From contig JAWBQR010000001.1 of NCBI GenBank assembly GCA_038845265.1, positions 96,001 through 160,000 on the forward strand: DNA of 64,000 bases, written 5' to 3'. Source of the DNA: Nitrososphaerota archaeon (GTDB lineage Archaea; Thermoproteota; Nitrososphaeria_A; Caldarchaeales; Calditenuaceae). Each line of letters begins with the position of its first letter. Position 1 is the first letter of the stretch. Shown piece after piece: positions 59,301-64,000 of the stretch. The notes beneath the pieces are model-generated. The model was given only the letters and a program-made list of their open reading frames with translations. It searched no databases and was not told where the DNA came from. The translations under genes and the position numbers were made by a program.

Positions 59301-59762
59301 GTCTTCTCCTATCGACATTAGTTCTTCTGACGTCATTCTCCGAAGTGGACATAGCTGTGACTTAACTAGAATTGGAATATCACCAACATAGACTTTTTCA
59401 TTACTTACAATTGGTTTTCCATCGACGCTCAATGACATCCTTATATAAATCGGTGCTACATAACTGAGGTTCCTGAGCCGACACTCCAGCGGAGTTATAT
59501 TCTCCCTTACCATACCGTCTATCTCTACGATTCGCGGGCTGCCGATCTCAACTGACTCAAACTTCAGCAATAAGTTGCCATACTTTGTCTTTATCTCCTG
59601 TGGAGATAGACTCTTAACAAGCTCGGCAAGTCCCTCCTTCACAAAATAGTCATAAGACTTAAAGTGATGACTTACAAGACCCTCATCCTGAAGAATGCTC
59701 TTGGCTACTTCCCAGAGATCTTCATGTGTTAATTGAGTCTCAAAATGAGACTTTGCCTTCAC
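56373..59762 (-). CDS. rpoB: RNA polymerase subunit B (Rpo2), unsplit
   Basis: [27 protein letters not shown] and [11 protein letters not shown]. Confidence 0.98.
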   Translation of the reverse strand: MKAKSHFETQLTHEDLWEVAKSILQDEGLVSHHFKSYDYFVKEGLAELVKSLSPQEIKTKYGNLLLKFESVEIGSPRIVEIDGMVRENITPLECRLRNLSYVAPIYIRMSLSVDGKPIVSNEKVYVGDIPILVKSQLCPLRRMTSEELMSIGEDPLDPGGYFIINGSERVIVAIEDLAPNRILITMKEGDKVPQYSAVILSSSYGRQSKVEVTYKPGNPIRVFFSRIYKGIPLIILLRALGMTKDSDIVNFVSNRPDVQELLAPSFLEAEGIETPQDALRYIGNRVAFGYAEEYRVQRAEQMIDNIFLLHVGTTSDSRYKKAIFLCDMVGKLLETSLGIRKPSDKDHYGNKRLKLEAPLLMELYRMAFMKLIRDIKYQLERVIATRQPISISTFVRPGIVNDLVLHAFSTGNWPGGRVGVTQLLNRTNYLSTIGHLRRVQSPLSRSQPHFEARDLHGTHWGRICPAETPEGSNSGLVKNLALGAEITVPLSENDKKELRAKLWSLGLISTLVAHEEKRRSRRLMTAARVYLDNELIGYHTDWEKLVSELKAMRRSGEISPMINIAYHKYEHVTEVEIFTDEGRVRRPLILVEKGEIKLNPNTIESLKSGTLKFRDLVSIGSVEYLDAMEEENALVAVSPEAVTESHNYLEVSPLLMLGAVASIIPYSNHNQSPRNVYEASMAKQALGISSIANNLRVDSRIHLMINPQKPLVTTRTIELLGLNQRPIGQNLVVAILTGYGYNMEDAVVLNKSSVERGVGFTISYRTYEVEAKQYMGGEKDRLAIPDSNVRGYRGEQYYRVLDVDGLAFPESDVTGGTVLVGMVSPPRFMEEYTRAPAREMVWRDASEAVRPTEVGVVDNIYITKTEEGNKLVKAKVRSICFAEIGDKFASRHGQKGVVGMLFPQADMPFTESGIVPDLIINPHAFPSRMTVGQLIESLAGKLAAAKGTIIDGSPFIGKPLDELRKELAELGFKPSGTEVLYDGLTGRKYEVEVFIGIVYYQRLHHLVRDKIHARSRGQVQILTRQPTEGRSRGGGLKFGEMERDCLIAYGASYLLLDRLLEQSDKYTVYYCEKCGLPAYYDLKQEKFICPVHGKDVSERPVNMSYAFYLLLNELLSMGIYPKLIFEEVM

Positions 59763-60070
59763 GCCTCACTCACCACCACTCTATAATATACAGCCGTCCC
59801 CGCTGTAGGCGAATTTCTAGTAATTTTTAAAACGTCGCCAACCCTTGCGCCCAATTCTTTCACTACAGGGTCACTGATCAATATTTGAGGAAGTTGGTTA
59901 AGGCTTGCCTTGTACTTCTTAAGCAGCTCCTCAACTTCTTCCTTGCTCAGAATTTCGTGTTTAGGTACTAGTTCATGCTCAAGTATGCTCGGCCTTACAG
60001 CATCAGGAGCCACTGCTTCTTTAGTCTGCTTAGAGGAAACACCCTTCTTCTTACTCAAACTCAACACCAA
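59759..60070 (-). CDS. rpoH: RNA polymerase subunit H (Rpo5)
   Basis: [17 protein letters not shown] and SPTAG..VYYR. The exact start is uncertain. Confidence 0.95.
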   Translation of the reverse strand: MVLSLSKKKGVSSKQTKEAVAPDAVRPSILEHELVPKHEILSKEEVEELLKKYKASLNQLPQILISDPVVKELGARVGDVLKITRNSPTAGTAVYYRVVVSEA

Positions 60071-60252
60071 CCCTAGACAAAGTCTAATAATGTAATTGAC
60101 AATATGTGAGTTATTAACTTTATTGCTCGCACTGTATTGTAAAGGATTACCCCATGATATAAGAACTCAAGCTCTATTAGTTAAGCCGGGATGCTTTGAA
60201 AGTTGACGCGTGCGTAAATACTTAAACTTTATAAACACTTAATTAAACGGAT

Positions 60253-61821
60253 TTGCTAATGGGGCCTAGTGATAATCTCGCAAAGATAATTCCTGTTACG
60301 TATCTCGGAATTTATCTTCACGCAGCCTTCTTATCCATCTCAATGGGTACGCCTCTCGTACTCATAGCCTTAATTTACCTATGGAATAGGAGTAAAAATG
60401 AGCTCTATTTCAGGGCAATCAAGACCCTCACCAGTATACTGGTAGTAAATTTTGCAGCAGGAGCAGCCACCGGTACTCTTGTCGAGTTTGGGCTTGTCCA
60501 AGCATGGCCAGGAACGATATTTGTCTTATCGACTGTTGGATTTGTACCCTTTACGCTGGAACTCATAGCATTTGTAGGCGAAATCGTTCTTCTGCTACTC
60601 TTTATCATAACTCTCGGGCGACTGAAGCCCTTTACCAGTTTGACATTTATGGCGATATACTTTGTCTTCGCAGTTTTTTCAGGAGTAGTTATAACCTCTG
60701 TGAATAGCTGGATGAATGTTCCATGGGGTACTGCAGATCTCGCTAGGACGTTTTACCCATTTCTACCCACATATGGACCATTGCTAGTCTCCGAAGAATC
60801 TTATATCAATCTTAGACTCATGCTTCTCTCATCATCTGGTTTTGCCTCACAGGTAATCCAAGACCCCTCGATGGTCAGGGAAATTGGGAAATTTCTTAAC
60901 GATCCATTTGTAGCGATCTTTAATGAGTACAACTTGGCAAGCGTACTTCACAATGTAACGGCTGCGATAATAATTGGTATGTCGATCATTCTTGCTGGAT
61001 ACGCATACTCATATGTTAGAAATAATAATGAAGACTCGCTGAAGATTATTCGTGCATTCATACCGATACTTGTAGCCCTACTAATCGTGCAGCCAATAGT
61101 TTTTGGAGACTTTATGGGAAAAATGGTTGCTTCCTATCAGCCTACAAAATTCGCCGCTATCGAAGGACTATACGAGAGCAAAAAAGACCCACTTCTGGGA
61201 TTCCTTGCATTTAACGATCCAGACGCATTGCTGGTAGGTTTCAACGACTTAGCAAAGAGATGTGATGAAGTAAGTGGATTTAAGATTAAGGATATTATTC
61301 CAGCAACATCAAAAACGTCACTCGACCAGACATTATACGAGCTTGATATTGGAGAATTGTGTAGAAGAGATCTCATTAGAACGCAGAACAATACGCCACT
61401 CCTGAATACCGTTTATTACGTCAAAATTGGTGGCGGCATTGCAGCGCTGGCCGGAAGCGTCGGCTTATTCTTAACATTTTATAACTTCGGCCCATTTTCT
61501 AAAATATTGAGAAAGATTCTTGGTCTACTAGGTCAAAAAATAAGCGTTGCGCTTCTATCCATATTGGTCCTCTCGGGAAGCATCCTAGCATCGACTATTG
61601 GATGGTTCGTGAGAGAGGTAGGAAGAAGTCCCTGGACAATCTACGGATATCTGTGGAAAGAAGAAATTATTACTGCGGTGCCCATAGACGCTGTAATTAT
61701 CACTATGTTTACGATTACTTTCTTAGCAATAGGGCTTGCCAGTGCTTCTGCAATGTATCTCATTGCGACAAGGCCGCAGCGCCTTGACGAAATGCTAAGG
61801 AGATTGAGTAAAAATGAATGA
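60253..61821 (+). CDS. cydA: Cytochrome bd-type oxidase subunit I (CydA)
   Basis: YLHAAF, NFAAGAATG..VEF, NSWM, LHNV, QPTKFAAIEG and GWFVREVGRSPW. Confidence 0.92.
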   Translation: MLMGPSDNLAKIIPVTYLGIYLHAAFLSISMGTPLVLIALIYLWNRSKNELYFRAIKTLTSILVVNFAAGAATGTLVEFGLVQAWPGTIFVLSTVGFVPFTLELIAFVGEIVLLLLFIITLGRLKPFTSLTFMAIYFVFAVFSGVVITSVNSWMNVPWGTADLARTFYPFLPTYGPLLVSEESYINLRLMLLSSSGFASQVIQDPSMVREIGKFLNDPFVAIFNEYNLASVLHNVTAAIIIGMSIILAGYAYSYVRNNNEDSLKIIRAFIPILVALLIVQPIVFGDFMGKMVASYQPTKFAAIEGLYESKKDPLLGFLAFNDPDALLVGFNDLAKRCDEVSGFKIKDIIPATSKTSLDQTLYELDIGELCRRDLIRTQNNTPLLNTVYYVKIGGGIAALAGSVGLFLTFYNFGPFSKILRKILGLLGQKISVALLSILVLSGSILASTIGWFVREVGRSPWTIYGYLWKEEIITAVPIDAVIITMFTITFLAIGLASASAMYLIATRPQRLDEMLRRLSKNE

Positions 61822-62944
61822 GTTAGAATTCTTTGGATTTAGCCTTTTAGGACTCTCCGTCTTGATTCACATAGTATTCGTAAATATCACTATAGGTACT
61901 GGATGGATCTCAGCGGTCAGTAGATACTTGTCCTGGCGAAGAATGGATGCAGATTTAGAGCTGATGTCAAGAAGAGTCTTCAGGATATTAGTAATTACCG
62001 AGCTTTTCAGCGGTGTATGGGGCACGATCATGACAGTCATCCTAGCGGGCATATTCCCCACATTACTCGCTCTAGCAACAGATGTTCTCTTCTATCCAAT
62101 CCTGATATCGTTAACATCGATAATCATAAGGATACCCTCTATTGCAGTTTTTTGGTACACGTGGGGTAGAATAAGTCCCAGGACCCACTCAGTAATTGGA
62201 TTAGTTATGGCTGTATCCGGGCTCGGCGTCCCAATTGGTTTTAGATACATCTTCGCAGAGATTACGAGTCCCTACGCCATCCGAATGGCTCTAGAAGGTA
62301 TGAAGGAAGAAGCACGTCTAGCGGTTTTCCTTAACCCAACCTATCCGCCACTCATTCTACATACAATAGCTGGAGCAATGCTTGTCGGCTCACTGATGAC
62401 AGCGTCCTATTTCGCCACTAAGAATAACATGAATGTTAAGTATAGCAGATATGGAATATTGATCGGGCTTCCCTTCGTTGTCCTCCAAGGCTTCGCGGGC
62501 ACATGGTATCTATTATCATTAATGACGTACTCACCTATACTTTTTAGAAATCTGATGGGGATTGGCGGCGTAACATTTAATGCTGGACCAATATTCATCG
62601 CGAAAGTCCTCGTGATCGCTGTTATATTGTTTATGATGCATATGGGATATAGAGGTATGAAGCGAGAGAGCAACATGACACCCAGCTATGTAGCGCATCT
62701 CGGTACGCTGGGCGTAGTCATGTTGATTATCTCAGAATTCTTAAATGATGGAGCAAGGTATCCCTATATGGTACTCATCGGCGAGGACGGACTTCCACCA
62801 ATAAACTTCATGAATGTCTACATGGATATTCCACTGCCGATCGTATATGTAATATTGGGCTCCCTAATGGTATTGACGGGCGTCTTCCTCTTAATATTCT
62901 ACTATGCACTGAATAAACGATATCTCCCAGAAATTCCTGCCTAG
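61814..62944 (+). CDS. CydA' (CydA-derived second subunit of a CydAA'-type oxidase)
   Basis: CydA-like IHIVFVNITIG, ELFSGVWGT, LHTIAG and GARYPY; no CydB features. Confidence 0.8.
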   Translation: MNELEFFGFSLLGLSVLIHIVFVNITIGTGWISAVSRYLSWRRMDADLELMSRRVFRILVITELFSGVWGTIMTVILAGIFPTLLALATDVLFYPILISLTSIIIRIPSIAVFWYTWGRISPRTHSVIGLVMAVSGLGVPIGFRYIFAEITSPYAIRMALEGMKEEARLAVFLNPTYPPLILHTIAGAMLVGSLMTASYFATKNNMNVKYSRYGILIGLPFVVLQGFAGTWYLLSLMTYSPILFRNLMGIGGVTFNAGPIFIAKVLVIAVILFMMHMGYRGMKRESNMTPSYVAHLGTLGVVMLIISEFLNDGARYPYMVLIGEDGLPPINFMNVYMDIPLPIVYVILGSLMVLTGVFLLIFYYALNKRYLPEIPA

Positions 62945-62960
62945 ATTATCAAATGTAACA

Positions 62961-63049
62961 CGCCGGGGGCGGGATTTGAACCCGCGCGGCCTGCAAGAGG
63001 CCACAGGCTCTCAAGGCCTGCCCCTTGGTCCTGGCTTGGGTACCCCGGC
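62961..63049 (-). tRNA. tRNA-Ser(TGA)
   Basis: Acceptor GCCGGGG/CCCCGGC, anticodon arm CAGGC-CT-TGA-GA-GCCTG, long variable arm, G discriminator. Confidence 0.95.
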
Positions 63050-63114
63050 TGTGGAATGCTTGTTTATCCGTTCATATAAGCCTTATATCTACACTGGATT
63101 GAGTTTAGAGAGAG

Positions 63115-64000
63115 TTGAGTATTAGGCAAATTCCTAGGACCATGGCTTCCCAGCATCCCGACAACGCCTGCATCCCAGAATGGTGCAGGAGCGAAGTCAT
63201 ATCCGGCGACGACGAGGTCTACGAGGTATACTTTGACTACGCAGTTCTCGGTTGCCAAGAATCAATGTGGGATGCAGAAGGAAAAGACATTGATCCACAT
63301 GTGGTTAGAAAGCTATTCTCGAATCATGGGGATTTCTTTGCTGAAAAGAAACTTGGATCCGATGTATTCCTTACATTTAGGCTTCCGAATCCTTCTATCG
63401 AGGTTGCGGAAAGGAAAGTCTTCATAGAGACGCTTGAGTCGATTCCGAGACACAACGATGTTGCTAGGGCTGTATATGGGGAAGAATTTGATAAAGCATT
63501 GTTTGAGGTTATTCTACCATTCACGACCAGTGCAGAGGATCTGCTAAGAGTCAGGGAGATTTATAAAAAAGCAGTCGTTAAGCCTACGGGCGAATGGATC
63601 GAGTCATGTAGACACTTGCTAAAGGAGTTTATCGGAGAGGTAAAGCCTGAAGATGTTGAGGTCATACCACTCTTCGAGGACATGAAGACACTATACAATT
63701 GTGGCGAGATTATGAGAAGCTATGCAAAACTTACAAGACCAAACTACCTAAGAGTCTTCATCGCCCGCTCAGACCCTGCTCTAAATTATGGATTCATATC
63801 TGCAGTTATGCTTGCAAAACTTGCACTTTCAGAATGTGAAGAAGTAGCGATAGAGACAGGAATACCAGTATATCCAATCATAGGTGCCGGCTCCCTACCA
63901 TTCAGGGGACATAACTCTCCGCAAAATGTGGATGGCTTCCTCGAGGAGTATCGGGGCGTATGGACCGTCACAGTCCAGTCTGCCTTCAGATATGACAATT
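63115..64000 (+). CDS. ppcA: Archaeal-type phosphoenolpyruvate carboxylase, 3'-truncated (not in the ORF track)
   Basis: Hand translation from TTG at 63115: SIRQIPRTMASQHPDNA...MWDAEGK...EVILPFT...VIPLFED...RVFIARSDPALNYG...GAGSLPFRGH...TVQSAFRYD. Confidence 0.93.
   Translation, partial: MSIRQIPRTMASQHPDNACIPEWCRSEVISGDDEVYEVYFDYAVLGCQESMWDAEGKDIDPHVVRKLFSNHGDFFAEKKLGSDVFLTFRLPNPSIEVAERKVFIETLESIPRHNDVARAVYGEEFDKALFEVILPFTTSAEDLLRVREIYKKAVVKPTGEWIESCRHLLKEFIGEVKPEDVEVIPLFEDMKTLYNCGEIMRSYAKLTRPNYLRVFIARSDPALNYGFISAVMLAKLALSECEEVAIETGIPVYPIIGAGSLPFRGHNSPQNVDGFLEEYRGVWTVTVQSAFRYDN

Noticed and set aside
41103-59762. Inteins in AtpA, RpoA or RpoB
   Set aside because: Lengths are normal, and there are no intein terminal or LAGLIDADG motifs.
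62961-63049. tRNA with TGA as a selenocysteine or suppressor tRNA
   Set aside because: Anticodon TGA reads UCA (Ser); tRNA-Sec needs TCA. The acceptor stem is a normal 7 bp.
1-64000. CRISPR array, IS element, rRNA
   Set aside because: No regularly spaced repeats, transposase motifs or rRNA-like segment were seen.

Overview
Chromosomal segment of a TACK archaeon, most likely a Nitrososphaeria-related thermophilic lineage such as Aigarchaeota/Caldarchaeales. This placement is inferred from the unsplit RpoA and RpoB, an HIGA-type ValRS, a thaumarchaeal-type NuoD, cdrS-ftsZ and CydAA'. Core genes include EF-1alpha, ribosomal proteins S7, S10, S13, S15, S3Ae and L30e, ThrRS, MetRS, ValRS, rpoH-B-A-L30e-nusA, A-type ATPase subunits F/E/A, nuoB/C/D, a proteasome beta subunit, and KEOPS Cgi121/Pcc1. 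Many of the usual operons are broken up. Four tRNAs are present: Cys-GCA, Leu-TAA with a BHB intron, Ala-CGC and Ser-TGA. There is a sugar ABC cluster and a ~7 kb accessory block after tRNA-Ala. No CRISPR array, integrase or transposase was seen. The most notable observations are: (i) an unannotated C/D-box RNA at the head of a ubiquitin-like (GG-VLSC) / Cgi121 / rps15 cluster, whose guide can also pair with the RBS of the next gene; (ii) a divergent HerA-NurA pair with no mre11/rad50 nearby; (iii) a Met/Cys/His-rich two-gene module with an RHH-type regulator and a phased triple repeat; (iv) conserved N-termini of MetRS and a DUF2095 gene with no canonical start codon; (v) an abrupt codon-usage switch inside rpoA; (vi) a 116-bp tandem duplication that frameshifts a MetE-like gene. 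All family assignments come from reading motifs by eye; no searches were run.
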